Below are positions 27,722 through 38,055 of a stretch of 64,000 nucleotides of DNA, piece by piece. The notes under the pieces were generated by a model. It was not told the origin of the DNA. It saw only the letters and a program-made list of their open reading frames with translations, and made no database searches. Numbering within the stretch: the first letter of the stretch is position 1; every line of letters starts with the position of its first letter. Both the position numbers and the translations under genes were made by a program. Source of the stretch: an uncultured Bacteroidales bacterium (lineage in GTDB: Bacteria; Bacteroidota; Bacteroidia; Bacteroidales; UBA10428). The stretch is from the NCBI GenBank assembly GCA_964456825.1, contig CAYWCR010000007.1, forward strand, positions 14,155-78,154, in the 5' to 3' direction.

Positions 27722-29557
27722 ATGTGTGGAATCGTTGGATATATCGGATATCGTGATGCCTATAATGTTCTGATAAACGGGCTCAAGCGACTCGAATACC
27801 GGGGTTACGATTCGGCAGGCATTGCCATCGTTAACAGTTCCTCCAGCGTTTATAAATGCAAAGGCAAGGTTTCAGATCTTGAAAGGTACATCATGGGCAA
27901 CAATGTCGCGGGGACCATCGGAATGGGCCATACCCGGTGGGCAACACACGGAGAACCTAATGATGTCAACGCCCATCCGCACAAATCCTTTCATGGCAAA
28001 TTCATCCTCATCCATAATGGTATTATTGAGAACTATGCACGGCTGAAAGAAACGCTGTCATCCTATGGCGTAAAATTTAAAAGTGAAACCGATACTGAGG
28101 TCCTTGTCAACCTCATTGAACACATCTATGAACAGGGTAAAACCAGTGCCGAAATAGCCGTCAGACTGGCGCTATCAAAAGTCGTAGGGGCCTATGGGCT
28201 GGTGATTGCATGTACTGATGAACCTGATAAGCTTATCGCTGCCCGCAAGGGCAGCCCCCTGGTTATCGGTGTCGGCAACAATGAATATTTCCTGGCATCC
28301 GATGCCACTCCCATTATAGAATATACCAAAAGTGTGATCTACCTGAATGATGATGATGTTGCGATCATTTCGAAGGAAGGGCTCATTCTGAAAACCCTGA
28401 AAAATGATCCGCAAACGCCGCGTATTCATCAGCTCGACCTGGGTATCGGCGAGATCGACAAAGGGGGTTACAAGCATTTTATGCTCAAGGAGATCTTTGA
28501 ACAGCCCCGCTCTATCCTGGATACTTTCCGCGGCAGGGTTGGCACCGATCTGAATGAGCTTTACCTGGGAGGCTTGTATAACGTCATGGACCGTCTGGTT
28601 GAAGCCAGGCGGATCATTATCATCGGCTGCGGCACTTCATGGCATGCGGGACTGGTGGGCGAATATCTCTTTGAAGACCTGGCCCGTATTCCCGTAGAAG
28701 TGGAATATGCATCGGAGTTCCGTTACCGGAATCCCATTATCAACCCTGATGAAGTTGTCATTGCCATAAGCCAGAGCGGAGAGACTGCCGATACGCTCGC
28801 GGCAGTCAAGTTAGCCAAAGGAGCCGGAGCACTGGTATTGGGCATTTGCAATGTCGTTGGCTCCAGCATTCCCCGCGAGACGGATGCCGGAGTGTATACC
28901 CATGCCGGTCCTGAGATCGGGGTGGCTTCCACAAAAGCTTTTACAGCCCAGGTTACCGTACTTGCCATGATGGCCATACTGGTGGGCAGAAAGAAAAATG
29001 TATTGTCTGAAGAACAGTACCGGTCATACATCAAATCCCTGACCGAAGTACCGGAAAAAATTGAAAAAATTCTTGCCCAGGACGACGAATTCAGGAAAAT
29101 AGCCTCCCTTTACAAACTGGCCAATAACTTCCTTTACCTGGGACGGGGTTATCTTTTCCCTGTTGCCCTGGAAGGTGCACTGAAGCTGAAAGAGATCTCC
29201 TATATCCATGCAGAAGGATATCCGGCCGCTGAGATGAAACATGGCCCCATCGCCCTCATCGACCATAAAATGCCTGTGGTAGTGCTGGCTACCAAAGATT
29301 CCTCCTATGATAAAATTGTCAGCAATATCCAGGAAGTTAAAGCCCGCAATGGTATTGTCATCGCCATTGTCAATGAAGGGGACTCCATAATTACCAAAAT
29401 GGCTGACCACGTGCTTGAGATACCGGTCACGGATGCAATTTTTTCCCCACTGCTGGCTGTGATCCCACTTCAACTGGTTTCCTATTATATCGCTGTTATG
29501 CGCGGTTGCAATGTTGACCAGCCGCGGAATCTGGCGAAATCGGTGACGGTGGAGTAG
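27722..29557 (+). CDS. glmS: Glutamine-fructose-6-phosphate aminotransferase
   Basis: MCGIVGY Ntn-amidotransferase start, two SIS domains and the C-terminal LAKSVTVE. Confidence 0.95.
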   Translation: MCGIVGYIGYRDAYNVLINGLKRLEYRGYDSAGIAIVNSSSSVYKCKGKVSDLERYIMGNNVAGTIGMGHTRWATHGEPNDVNAHPHKSFHGKFILIHNGIIENYARLKETLSSYGVKFKSETDTEVLVNLIEHIYEQGKTSAEIAVRLALSKVVGAYGLVIACTDEPDKLIAARKGSPLVIGVGNNEYFLASDATPIIEYTKSVIYLNDDDVAIISKEGLILKTLKNDPQTPRIHQLDLGIGEIDKGGYKHFMLKEIFEQPRSILDTFRGRVGTDLNELYLGGLYNVMDRLVEARRIIIIGCGTSWHAGLVGEYLFEDLARIPVEVEYASEFRYRNPIINPDEVVIAISQSGETADTLAAVKLAKGAGALVLGICNVVGSSIPRETDAGVYTHAGPEIGVASTKAFTAQVTVLAMMAILVGRKKNVLSEEQYRSYIKSLTEVPEKIEKILAQDDEFRKIASLYKLANNFLYLGRGYLFPVALEGALKLKEISYIHAEGYPAAEMKHGPIALIDHKMPVVVLATKDSSYDKIVSNIQEVKARNGIVIAIVNEGDSIITKMADHVLEIPVTDAIFSPLLAVIPLQLVSYYIAVMRGCNVDQPRNLAKSVTVE

Positions 29558-29580
29558 GAAGTCCCTCCCGACCTCCCCTT
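29558..29580. repeat. C-rich post-stop motif (P motif), copy 1
   Basis: GAAGTCCCTCCCGACCTCCCCTT begins immediately after the glmS TAG. It matches 34806-34828 at 20 of 23 positions. Confidence 0.7.
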
Positions 29581-29690
29581 AGGGGATGAGTTTGGAAGAT
29601 TTTAATAAAGTGAGGAATTTTAGTATTTATAGCTTGTTTGCCAACAGGGGTATTGCCCTTCTGTGAGCTTCGGTGGCCTTGCGGGTCGGC

Positions 29691-29722
29691 AAGTCCCCCA
29701 CCTGGTGGGATTTAGGGGGCTT
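29691..29722. repeat. Q motif, copy 2
   Basis: AAGTCCCCCACCTGGTGGGATTTAGGGGGCTT abuts the rfbB stop codon at 29723-29725. Confidence 0.6.
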
Positions 29723-30778
29723 CTATCGCTTCATATACTGCTTCTCATAATACTTCTCATAATCTCCCGTAAGCACATGCTGAAGCCATTCCTTGTTTTC
29801 AAGGTACCAGTCCACCGTTTTGCTTAACCCCTGCTCAAAGGTGAGGGAAGGTCCCCACCCCAGTTCCTTTTCCAGCTTTCCGGCATCGATGGCATAGCGC
29901 AGATCATGCCCGGCCCTGTCCTTTACAAAAGAAATCAACTTTTCGGATTCCCCCTGCGGCCTTGCCAGCTTTTTATCCATGATCCTGCAAAGCAGCCGGA
30001 TAAGGTCGATGTTCTTCCATTCATTATTGCCGCCAATATTATAGGTTTCACCGGTCTTTCCGCGGTGAAAGATGACATCGATGGCCCCGGCATGATCCTC
30101 CACATACAGCCAGTCCCTTATGTTCTCACCTTTTCCGTACACCGGGATGGTTTTTTTATTTAAAATATTATTGATGGCAAGGGGGATCAGCTTTTCCGGG
30201 AACTGATTGGGCCCATAGTTGTTGGAACAATTGGAAAGCAGCACCGGCAGCCCATAAGTATTGTAATAAGCCTTCACAAGGTGGTCCGATCCGGCCTTGG
30301 AGGCAGAATAAGGGCTTCTGGGATCGTAGGCAGTCTTTTCGGTAAAATAACCACCCTTTTCCAGTGAACCAAAAACTTCATCCGTGGAAATATGGTAGAA
30401 GACCCTGCCGGAAGTTTTGTCTTTCCAACTTCCCGTGGCAGCATTCAGCAGATTGGTAGTGCCAATGATATTGGTCTGAATAAACTCCATCGGATTGGTG
30501 ATGGACCTGTCAACATGCGATTCAGCCGCCAGATGTATGATGCCGTCAAAATCATAATCCCTGAAAAGCTGTTGTATTTCCTCAGCATTGACAATGTCAG
30601 CCTTCACAAACCGGTAATTCGGTTTTGATTCAATGTCCTTCAGGTTTTCCAGGTTGCCTGCATAGGTCAGCTTATCCAGGTTCACAATAAGATAATCAGG
30701 GTATCGGGTTACAAAAAGCCGTACCACATGCGAGCCGATAAAACCTGCACCCCCGGTGATCAGAATGGTCTTTCTCAT
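29723..30778 (-). CDS. rfbB: dTDP-glucose 4,6-dehydratase
   Basis: Contains GGAGFIGSHV, the YSASKAGSD catalytic block, and a C-terminal region typical of RmlB. Confidence 0.9.
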   Translation of the reverse strand: MRKTILITGGAGFIGSHVVRLFVTRYPDYLIVNLDKLTYAGNLENLKDIESKPNYRFVKADIVNAEEIQQLFRDYDFDGIIHLAAESHVDRSITNPMEFIQTNIIGTTNLLNAATGSWKDKTSGRVFYHISTDEVFGSLEKGGYFTEKTAYDPRSPYSASKAGSDHLVKAYYNTYGLPVLLSNCSNNYGPNQFPEKLIPLAINNILNKKTIPVYGKGENIRDWLYVEDHAGAIDVIFHRGKTGETYNIGGNNEWKNIDLIRLLCRIMDKKLARPQGESEKLISFVKDRAGHDLRYAIDAGKLEKELGWGPSLTFEQGLSKTVDWYLENKEWLQHVLTGDYEKYYEKQYMKR

Positions 30779-30789
30779 TATCGATGAGG

Positions 30790-31818
30790 TTATTTGCTGT
30801 TGTGAATAGCCTTTTCCCAGCTCCAGGCTGTGAAAAGAGTTTGTTCCAGGGAAGTATCAGCTTTCCATCCCAGTTCCCTGTTGGCCCGTGTAGTATCTGC
30901 ATAAACCATGGCAATATCGCCCGGCCGGCGGGGATAAAACTTAAAATTGACTTTCTCACCCGTGGCCTTTTCAAATGCTTTAATAATTTCCATCACTGAA
31001 TACCCTTTCCCCGTCCCCAGGTTGAAGACCTCATAAGGACTTTTATTCCTTTTTTCCATCAACCTTTTGATCGCCATAACATGGGCTTTGGCAAGGTCTA
31101 CAACATATATATAATCGCGTATTCCCGTGCCATCAGGTGTTTCATAATCATTTCCGAAAACCCTCAGTTCCGGCCGTTTGCCAATCACTGTCTGTGTCAG
31201 ATAAGGGACCAGGTTGAGAGGAACTCCCAACGGCAGTTCACCGATACGGGCCGAGGGATGGGCACCAACCGGATTAAAATATCGCAGGGATATCGCTTTG
31301 ATCGTTGCGTTGGCTTGTATGGCATCCTGAATGATCTCCTCCGAAACCTGCTTGGTGTTGCCATAGGGTGAGCTGGAATTTTTAATGGGTGAATCTTCGG
31401 TGACAGGCAGTTTATCAGGCTGTCCGTAAACCGTACAGGAGGATGAAAAAACCAGGTTCGGTATGGCAAATTCCCACATGATCCGCAACAGGTTGATCAG
31501 TGATTCAAAATTATTATGGTAATAATCCAGGGGTTTCTCAACCGATTCCCCTACCGCCTTCAGGGCTGCAAAATGAATGATGGCCTGCATCCCGGGGTAT
31601 TTTTTGCAGCATTGCCTCAGCCGGTCAAGGTCACAGAGATCGAAGTTCTCAAAATTTGGCCTTACGCCGGTTATAGATTCAATTCCATCCAGCACTTCAA
31701 GCCTTGAATTGGAAAGGTTATCCACGATGACTACCTGATAACCATCCTGGATAAGCTCTACCGTTGTGTGAGAGCCAATATAACCTGTTCCCCCTGTTAC
31801 TAAAATGATTGGTTTCAT
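30790..31818 (-). CDS. galE: UDP-glucose 4-epimerase
   Basis: GGTGYIGSH, the catalytic YGNTK and the 342-aa GalE layout. Confidence 0.85.
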   Translation of the reverse strand: MKPIILVTGGTGYIGSHTTVELIQDGYQVVIVDNLSNSRLEVLDGIESITGVRPNFENFDLCDLDRLRQCCKKYPGMQAIIHFAALKAVGESVEKPLDYYHNNFESLINLLRIMWEFAIPNLVFSSSCTVYGQPDKLPVTEDSPIKNSSSPYGNTKQVSEEIIQDAIQANATIKAISLRYFNPVGAHPSARIGELPLGVPLNLVPYLTQTVIGKRPELRVFGNDYETPDGTGIRDYIYVVDLAKAHVMAIKRLMEKRNKSPYEVFNLGTGKGYSVMEIIKAFEKATGEKVNFKFYPRRPGDIAMVYADTTRANRELGWKADTSLEQTLFTAWSWEKAIHNSK

Positions 31819-31836
31819 TGTATTGTTATAATGCTT

Positions 31837-32412
31837 TTATATCCTGGCCAGCCTGTCCTGATCCAATTTGTATTTGTCACCGCTTTCAGGACAAACGGCT
31901 ATTCCATTTTCATTAAAACTCAGCCGGTGTCCGTATTCGCTCATCCAACCCGTATGGCGCGCAGGATTTCCGACTACCAGTGAATAGGGCGCTACATTTT
32001 TGGTAACGACGGCCCCGGCGCCAATAAAGGCAAACTGCCCGATTGTAATGCCGCAGACAATGGTGGCATTGGCGCCAATGGTAGCCCCTTTCTCCACCAG
32101 GGTTTTCTTATACTGTTCCTTCCGGTTAACAGCACTGCGTGGATTGATGACATTGGTAAAAACCATGGAAGGCCCCAGAAAAACATCATCTTCACAAATG
32201 ACACCGGTATAGATGGACACGTTGTTCTGAACCTTCACATTATTTCCCAGGACAACGCCGGGCATCACCACAACGTTTTGTCCCAGATTGCAGTGGTCAC
32301 CGATGACACAATCCGGCATAACATGTGTGAAATGCCATATTTTGGTATCCTTGCCAATCTTACATCCCTCATCAATAACGGCTGTCTCATGGGCGAAATA
32401 ATGATTTTCCAT
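31837..32412 (-). CDS. Left-handed beta-helix sugar N-acetyltransferase (WbpD-like)
   Basis: Hexapeptide repeats run throughout. My recollection is that the sequence is close to WbpD-type UDP-2-acetamido-3-amino-2,3-dideoxy-glucuronate N-acetyltransferases (block [14 protein letters not shown]). It lies 5 nt downstream of a DegT aminotransferase. Confidence 0.6.
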   Translation of the reverse strand: MENHYFAHETAVIDEGCKIGKDTKIWHFTHVMPDCVIGDHCNLGQNVVVMPGVVLGNNVKVQNNVSIYTGVICEDDVFLGPSMVFTNVINPRSAVNRKEQYKKTLVEKGATIGANATIVCGITIGQFAFIGAGAVVTKNVAPYSLVVGNPARHTGWMSEYGHRLSFNENGIAVCPESGDKYKLDQDRLARI

Positions 32413-32417
32413 ATGGC

Positions 32418-33551
32418 TTAATGGGTATTGATAAAACTTTTTACCTGAGAAATTATATATTCCAGCTGCTCATCCTCGAGCTCGGTGTGCATGGGCAGTG
32501 ATAAAACCGTGCGGCACAGGTCTTCGGTCACCGGAAAATCCTTGTTCTGCAGGCCCAGGTACTGAAAGGCCTTTTGCCGGTGCAGGGGAACAGGATAATA
32601 AATCATGGCCGGGATCCCTTTTGAATCGAGGTATTCTCTCAAATTATCACGGCTTAAACTGCGCAGGCGGATCGTATACTGGTGAAAAACATGCGTGCTG
32701 AAAGGATTCCTGGCCGGGATGATCAACTCATTCAGCCCGGTAAATGCATTGTCGTAAAAGACGGCGGCTTTCTGCCTTGCCTTTATGTAATCGTCGAGAT
32801 GATTGAGCTTGACACGGAGGATGGCGGCCTGCAGGGTATCGAGTCGGGAATTGACACCTATCATATCATGATAATACCGCACCTTCATGCCATGGTTAAT
32901 GATGGTAGAAAGCTTATCGGCCAGCACATCATTGTCGGTGAACAGCGCGCCCCCGTCACCAAAGCAACCCAGATTTTTTGACGGGAAAAAAGATGTGCAG
33001 CCTATATCCCCCATGGTACCCGCCTTTTTTACAGCGCCATCGCTGAACCGGTAATCGGATCCGATGGCCTGCGCATTGTCCTCAATTACATGCAAATGGT
33101 TTTCCCTGGCCAGGGCCATGATTTCTTCCATGTTGGAACACTGGCCAAACAGGTGCACCGGAATAACAGCCCGCGTCCTCGGACTGATCGCCTTTTTTAG
33201 CGCTTCCATATCGATGGTGTAATCACCGGGGTTGACATCCACAATAACAGGCTTCAGTCCCAGCAGAGCAATTACCTCCACCGTTGCGATAAAGGTAAAA
33301 TCGGGCGTGATCACCTCATCCCCCGGCTTCAGGTCCAGTGCCATAAGGGCAACCTGTAGCGCATCCGTTCCGTTGGCACAGGCAATTACATGGCGGACAC
33401 CCAGGTACAGCGCCAGCTCTTTTTCAAAATCTTTAACCTCAGGGCCCTTGACGAAAGATGTTGCATCAATAATCCGCTGAATGGCATTGTCGATTTCGGG
33501 TTTGATTTTATGGTACTGACCTTTCAGGTCAACCATATGGATCTTATTCAT
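32418..33551 (-). CDS. DegT/DnrJ/EryC1/StrS-family sugar aminotransferase (WbpE-like)
   Basis: The PLP-lysine block SFFPSKNLG and the 377-aa DegT layout. Confidence 0.85.
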   Translation of the reverse strand: MNKIHMVDLKGQYHKIKPEIDNAIQRIIDATSFVKGPEVKDFEKELALYLGVRHVIACANGTDALQVALMALDLKPGDEVITPDFTFIATVEVIALLGLKPVIVDVNPGDYTIDMEALKKAISPRTRAVIPVHLFGQCSNMEEIMALARENHLHVIEDNAQAIGSDYRFSDGAVKKAGTMGDIGCTSFFPSKNLGCFGDGGALFTDNDVLADKLSTIINHGMKVRYYHDMIGVNSRLDTLQAAILRVKLNHLDDYIKARQKAAVFYDNAFTGLNELIIPARNPFSTHVFHQYTIRLRSLSRDNLREYLDSKGIPAMIYYPVPLHRQKAFQYLGLQNKDFPVTEDLCRTVLSLPMHTELEDEQLEYIISQVKSFINTH

Positions 33552-33706
33552 ATTCTTTGCGTTAGCCTATTGCTATGTTCCCGGGACTGCCCCGTAAAAC
33601 GTTGCGAAGATAATGAAAGGAAAAGGATATTGAAAATATCAGCATGATGGAACGTTGATAAAAATTAAGATGGCAGTTTAAAATATTGTTCTGCTTAAGA
33701 TTTTAT

Positions 33707-33714
33707 TACATTTG
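33707..33714 (+). promoter_or_regulatory. Candidate -7 promoter box (TACATTTG)
   Basis: TAnnTTTG match 35 nt upstream of the GTG start at 33750. Confidence 0.4.
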
Positions 33715-33749
33715 TTGATTGTATATTTAAACCCCGATTTTAAGCTGTC

Positions 33750-34805
33750 GTGAATATTGCCGCAGACATAAAAGACCTGATACTGTTGAACGAAGGGCTT
33801 ATACTTCCCGGCCTGGGAGGCTTTGTTACAAAATACCATCAGGCTGAGATCAGGAAAAATTCCAATGTTTTCGAACCTCCTTCCATGGAAATCAGGTTTG
33901 ACAGCCGTATGATTACGGATAACGGTCTGCTCATATCGCGTGTGGCCAGGAAAAATAACTTGCCTGAAGAAGAGGCACGGCTGGTTGTAGATGAATTTAT
34001 TGAAGGCCTGAAAAAAGATCTTCAGGAAAAAGGCTCTGCATTGATCGATGAGGTAGGCTCGATTGTGAAAGACAGCACCGGGAATTTGACTTTTAAGGCT
34101 CTTTCCGGCCAGAACTACCGGATCCAGTCCTTCGGATTGCCGGAGGTTGAAGTGCCATTGTCCGCCAAACCTCAGGAAACGTACAGGCGTACCCTACCTC
34201 CGCCGGTAGTACAGCCTGTCATCAAAAAACGGGTGAAGATCCCCCTGGCTGCCGTTATCGCTGCCCTCATTATACTGGGTGCCGGTACGGTTTATTTTAC
34301 GGGTTTTTTCGACAGGTATCTTAAACCCCTTTTCGTACGCGCCGAGCCGGTCGTTATGCTCCACGAGGATAACCCGGATAAAATTGTTTTCGGCCAGCAG
34401 GTAATTCCGGATGAAGACACGCTGGCCAAGGAAGTCGACCAGCAATTGGCCAAAACATCATCCAAAGAAAAAGCACTTTATTACGAGGAGCCAAATAAAA
34501 CTGAACCCATTCAACCCATCGCTTCAACTGAAAAGAATGCGATAACAGAGCCCCCGGCTACCCTTCCTGCAGTAGTCAGCCCCGGTGAATTTCATATCAT
34601 CGCCGGCAGCTTTCTGATCCCAAGCAATGCTGACCGTCAAAAAAGCCAGCTGGAGAAAAAAGGATACAGCCCCCAAATCATCAGGAAAAATGATGACTTC
34701 TTCTATGTTGCTCTGCAGGCATACGATTCAAAGGAGACAGCGGTAGTGGAAATGCGGAAACTAAGCCGGGAATTGAATCTGCCGCTTTGGGTGATGAGAA
34801 GATAG
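33750..34805 (+). CDS. HU-like N-terminal domain / SPOR C-terminal domain protein
   Basis: The N-terminus LILPGLGGFVTKY resembles a bacterial HU/CCDC81-type domain. A central TM segment follows. The C-terminus FHIIAGSF...QLEKKGYSPQII...FYVALQAYDSKETA is a SPOR peptidoglycan-binding domain. Confidence 0.7.
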   Translation: MNIAADIKDLILLNEGLILPGLGGFVTKYHQAEIRKNSNVFEPPSMEIRFDSRMITDNGLLISRVARKNNLPEEEARLVVDEFIEGLKKDLQEKGSALIDEVGSIVKDSTGNLTFKALSGQNYRIQSFGLPEVEVPLSAKPQETYRRTLPPPVVQPVIKKRVKIPLAAVIAALIILGAGTVYFTGFFDRYLKPLFVRAEPVVMLHEDNPDKIVFGQQVIPDEDTLAKEVDQQLAKTSSKEKALYYEEPNKTEPIQPIASTEKNAITEPPATLPAVVSPGEFHIIAGSFLIPSNADRQKSQLEKKGYSPQIIRKNDDFFYVALQAYDSKETAVVEMRKLSRELNLPLWVMRR

Positions 34806-34828
34806 AAAGCCCCTCCCAACCTCCCCTT
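34806..34828. repeat. P motif, copy 2
   Basis: AAAGCCCCTCCCAACCTCCCCTT begins immediately after the TAG of the SPOR gene. It fills the gap up to the convergent metG stop codon. Confidence 0.7.
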
Positions 34829-36867
34829 TATTTCACCTCCGAACCATTGCCAACACCTTCGGTTGGGGTTACCAGCACCAGCCTTCCGTCAGCATCCTCA
34901 GCCAGCAGGATCATCCCATGTGAAGTGATGCCCTTGATCATCCTGGGTTCCAGATTAGCCAGCAGGCAGACCTGTTTGCCTATCAGGTCTTCGGGCTTGA
35001 AATATCCTGCAATGCCTGAAACAACAGTACGCTCATCAATGCCTGTGTTAAGTGTTAGCTGCATCAGCTTGTCGGTTTTTGGCACCTTCACAGCTTCCAG
35101 CACGGTTGCTGTCCGTATGTCCATGGTTGAAAAATTGTCGTAGCTGACAGCCGGCTTTTGCGGTTTTGCCAAAGGCTTCGATCCCGCTTTGCTTTCCCTG
35201 CTTTTTTGCAGTTTCAGCAACTGCTTCTCAATGGCATCATCCTCAATTTTCTCAAACAGTAAACCCGGTTCTTTCAGAGCATCTCCTGCCTTAAGCAAGG
35301 TGGTGCTTCCTCCATCATTCCAGCTCAGTTTTTTTATGTTCAGGTAAGATGCCAGTCGTGCCGTGGTGAAAGGAAGGAAAGGTTCCATGATGATAGCCAG
35401 GTTGGCGGTTATCTGAAGCGAAACATGAAGAATGGTCTTTACCCGTTCCTCGTCGGTTTTGATCAGCTTCCAAGGCTCGGTATCGGCAAGGTATTTATTG
35501 CCCAGCCGGGCCAGGTCCATCCCTGACTTAAGGGCTTCCCTGAAACGGAAGTTGTCAAGGTTATCCTCAACCGCCTGTTTGATCCTGCCGATCTCTTTCA
35601 GGGTCTTACGGTCGGAGTCATTCAGCGTACCCTGTTCAGGCACACGGCCGTCAAAATATTTCTGCGTCAGCACCAGGGTGCGGTTGACGAAATTTCCCAG
35701 GATGGCCACCAGCTCATTATTATTGCGGGACTGGAAGTCCTTCCAAGTGAAATCATTATCCTTAGCCTCCGGCATGGTGGCGCAAAGCACATAGCGGAGC
35801 ACGTCCTGTTTGTCTTTGAACTCATCCAGGTATTCATGAAGCCATACCGCCCAGTTGCGGGAGGTTGATATCTTATCTCCTTCGAGATTGAGAAATTCAT
35901 TGGCCGGCACATTGTCCGGAAGTATATACTCCCCGTGAACCTTAAGCATTACCGGGAAAATGATACAGTGAAATACGATATTGTCCTTTCCGATGAAATG
36001 GATCAGGCGGGTATCCTTGCTTTTCCAGTATTTCTCCCAGTCATCAGGCAACAACTCCCGGGTGGCTGAAATATAGCCAATAGGGGCGTCAAACCAAACG
36101 TACAATACCTTTCCCGCTGCTCCTTTAACGGGTACCGGGATTCCCCAGTCGAGGTCACGGCTGACGGCGCGGGGCTGCAATCCCGCATCCAGCCATGATT
36201 TGCATTGTCCGTATACATTGGATTTCCAATCCTTGTTATCTTCCAGTATCCACTTTCTCAGTTCCTTTTCATGTTTATCCAGGGGCAGAAACCAGTGAAA
36301 GGTATCTTTCATCACAGGCTTGCTTCCGCTCAGCGTCGAACGGGGATTGATCAGGTCAGTGGCATTCAGCGAGGTACCGCATTGTTCACACTGATCCCCG
36401 TAAGCTGAATTATTACCGCAATGAGGACAGGTGCCGGTGATATACCGGTCGGCCAGGAATTGCTTCACCTCTTCATCATAATACTGGCTGGTAGTTTTTT
36501 CGATGAACTCACCCCGCTCATACAGGGTGCTGAAAAAATCGGAAGCCGTCTGATAATGTACCTTCGACGTTGTGCGGGAGTATATGCTGAAGGATATCCC
36601 AAAATCCTCAAATGACTTTTTTATCAGGGCATGGTATTTGTCCACGATAACCTGGGGACTCACTTTTTCCTGCCGTGCCTTAATGGTGATCGGCACCCCG
36701 TGTTCATCCGAACCGCAGATGAAGATCACATCCTCGCCTTTCAGCCGAAGGTAACGGACATAAATATCAGCGGGTACATACACGCCGGCCAGGTGACCTA
36801 TATGAACGGGACCATTTGCATACGGCAATGCCGCAGTAATTAAATGACGCTTGTAGTTTTTAGACAT
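34828..36867 (-). CDS. metG: Methionyl-tRNA synthetase with C-terminal tRNA-binding domain
   Basis: HIGH region PVHIGHLAG, zinc knuckles CPHCG/CEQCG and a KMSKS variant KISTS. The C-terminal OB-fold dimerisation/tRNA-binding domain is present. Confidence 0.95.
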   Translation of the reverse strand: MSKNYKRHLITAALPYANGPVHIGHLAGVYVPADIYVRYLRLKGEDVIFICGSDEHGVPITIKARQEKVSPQVIVDKYHALIKKSFEDFGISFSIYSRTTSKVHYQTASDFFSTLYERGEFIEKTTSQYYDEEVKQFLADRYITGTCPHCGNNSAYGDQCEQCGTSLNATDLINPRSTLSGSKPVMKDTFHWFLPLDKHEKELRKWILEDNKDWKSNVYGQCKSWLDAGLQPRAVSRDLDWGIPVPVKGAAGKVLYVWFDAPIGYISATRELLPDDWEKYWKSKDTRLIHFIGKDNIVFHCIIFPVMLKVHGEYILPDNVPANEFLNLEGDKISTSRNWAVWLHEYLDEFKDKQDVLRYVLCATMPEAKDNDFTWKDFQSRNNNELVAILGNFVNRTLVLTQKYFDGRVPEQGTLNDSDRKTLKEIGRIKQAVEDNLDNFRFREALKSGMDLARLGNKYLADTEPWKLIKTDEERVKTILHVSLQITANLAIIMEPFLPFTTARLASYLNIKKLSWNDGGSTTLLKAGDALKEPGLLFEKIEDDAIEKQLLKLQKSRESKAGSKPLAKPQKPAVSYDNFSTMDIRTATVLEAVKVPKTDKLMQLTLNTGIDERTVVSGIAGYFKPEDLIGKQVCLLANLEPRMIKGITSHGMILLAEDADGRLVLVTPTEGVGNGSEVK

Positions 36868-36901
36868 CTTGATAAAATAATTCCAACTTTTATTAACTTG
36901 G

Positions 36902-36909
36902 CAAAGATA
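36902..36909 (-). promoter_or_regulatory. Candidate -7 promoter box for metG (TATCTTTG on minus strand)
   Basis: The plus strand CAAAGATA is the complement of TAnnTTTG, 34 nt upstream of the metG ATG. Confidence 0.45.
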
Positions 36910-36962
36910 TTTAAATCAGGCATATCTGATTCCACCACGAAAATTAAGAATAAAACCAACAC

Positions 36963-37053
36963 ACCACCAAAACACCAAAACACTAAAATAAATGCCAGCT
37001 TATATTATTGTCAATCAGTATTATATTCTTTTGTGCTTTCGTGCTTTGGTGGT
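36963..37053. repeat. Imperfect inverted repeat of octamer tracts in the metG/ldcA divergent region
   Basis: ACCACCAAAACACCAAAACAC (36963-36983) faces GTGCTTTCGTGCTTTGGTGGT (37033-37053). 18 of 21 positions are complementary, separated by a 49-nt AT-rich spacer. Confidence 0.7.
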
Positions 37054-37119
37054 ATAAATTAAAATGATTTTTTATGGTAATTTTATAATTGGCAATCTGT
37101 AATAATTAATTCATGCGTT

Positions 37120-38022
37120 ATGATAACCCCTCCCTGGCTTAAAAAAGGCGATACTGTAGGCCTTGTTGCCCCCGCAAGCTATGTTAAAGCGGAAGAGCTT
37201 GAACAGTTTCTGGCGATACTCGACAGCTGGGGACTGAATGCCGTGTTGGGTAAAAATCTCTACCGCCGGAAAAATTCATTTGCAGGGAATGATGAACAGC
37301 GGGCATCCGATTTTCAGCAGATGCTTGATGATCCTGCTGTAAAAGCTGTCCTGTGCGCCCGTGGCGGGTACGGTTCCATCCGCATTGCCGACAAACTTGA
37401 TTTTTCCCGTTTTAAGGAAAATCCAAAATGGATTATCGGTTGCAGCGACGTAACGGTACTGCATACCATGATACAGAAAATGCTGAACACCGAAAGCCTG
37501 CACGCCATTATGCCCCGGCACATCAAGTCGGGAAAGAAAGACCTTTCTTCACTGGAATCCCTGAAAAAGGCAATATTTGGAAAACTCAACGGATATACGG
37601 TGAAACCCGTGCGGCAAAACCGCATGGGAGAGGCCTCCGGAACACTGGTCGGGGGCAATTTGTCAGTGCTGTACAGCATGCGCGGTACAAAGTTTGACAT
37701 TGACACCGCCGGTAAGATACTCTTTATCGAGGATATTGGTGAATACCTGTACCATATCGACCGCATGATCATGAACCTGAAGACCGGCGGCAAGCTGAAA
37801 ACACTGAAAGGACTTATTGTCGGCGGCATGACGGGTATGAAGGTCTCTGTTTCCGGATTCCGGAAGACCGCTTACGATGTCATTTACGAAGCTGTTGAGA
37901 AATATGATTACCCGGTAATGTTTGGTTTCCCTGCCGGACATAAACGGCCTAATATGGCCCTGATCCTGGGGCGGGATGTAACCCTGCAGGTCAGGACCGA
38001 TAAGTGCAAGCTGATTTTTTAA
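37120..38022 (+). CDS. ldcA: LD-carboxypeptidase (muramoyltetrapeptide carboxypeptidase, peptidase S66)
   Basis: GDTVGLVAPAS near the N-terminus, nucleophile block GCSDVTVLH and a C-terminal PAGH. Confidence 0.8.
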   Translation: MITPPWLKKGDTVGLVAPASYVKAEELEQFLAILDSWGLNAVLGKNLYRRKNSFAGNDEQRASDFQQMLDDPAVKAVLCARGGYGSIRIADKLDFSRFKENPKWIIGCSDVTVLHTMIQKMLNTESLHAIMPRHIKSGKKDLSSLESLKKAIFGKLNGYTVKPVRQNRMGEASGTLVGGNLSVLYSMRGTKFDIDTAGKILFIEDIGEYLYHIDRMIMNLKTGGKLKTLKGLIVGGMTGMKVSVSGFRKTAYDVIYEAVEKYDYPVMFGFPAGHKRPNMALILGRDVTLQVRTDKCKLIF

Positions 38023-38055
38023 TCATAACAACCTTAAATTACTGCTTTATACAGG

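Noticed and set aside
34787-35143. 118-aa ORF starting in the SPOR gene 3' end and running antisense into metG
   Set aside because: It is antisense to the metG C-terminal domain and crosses the P motif. The translation is Ser/Pro-rich.
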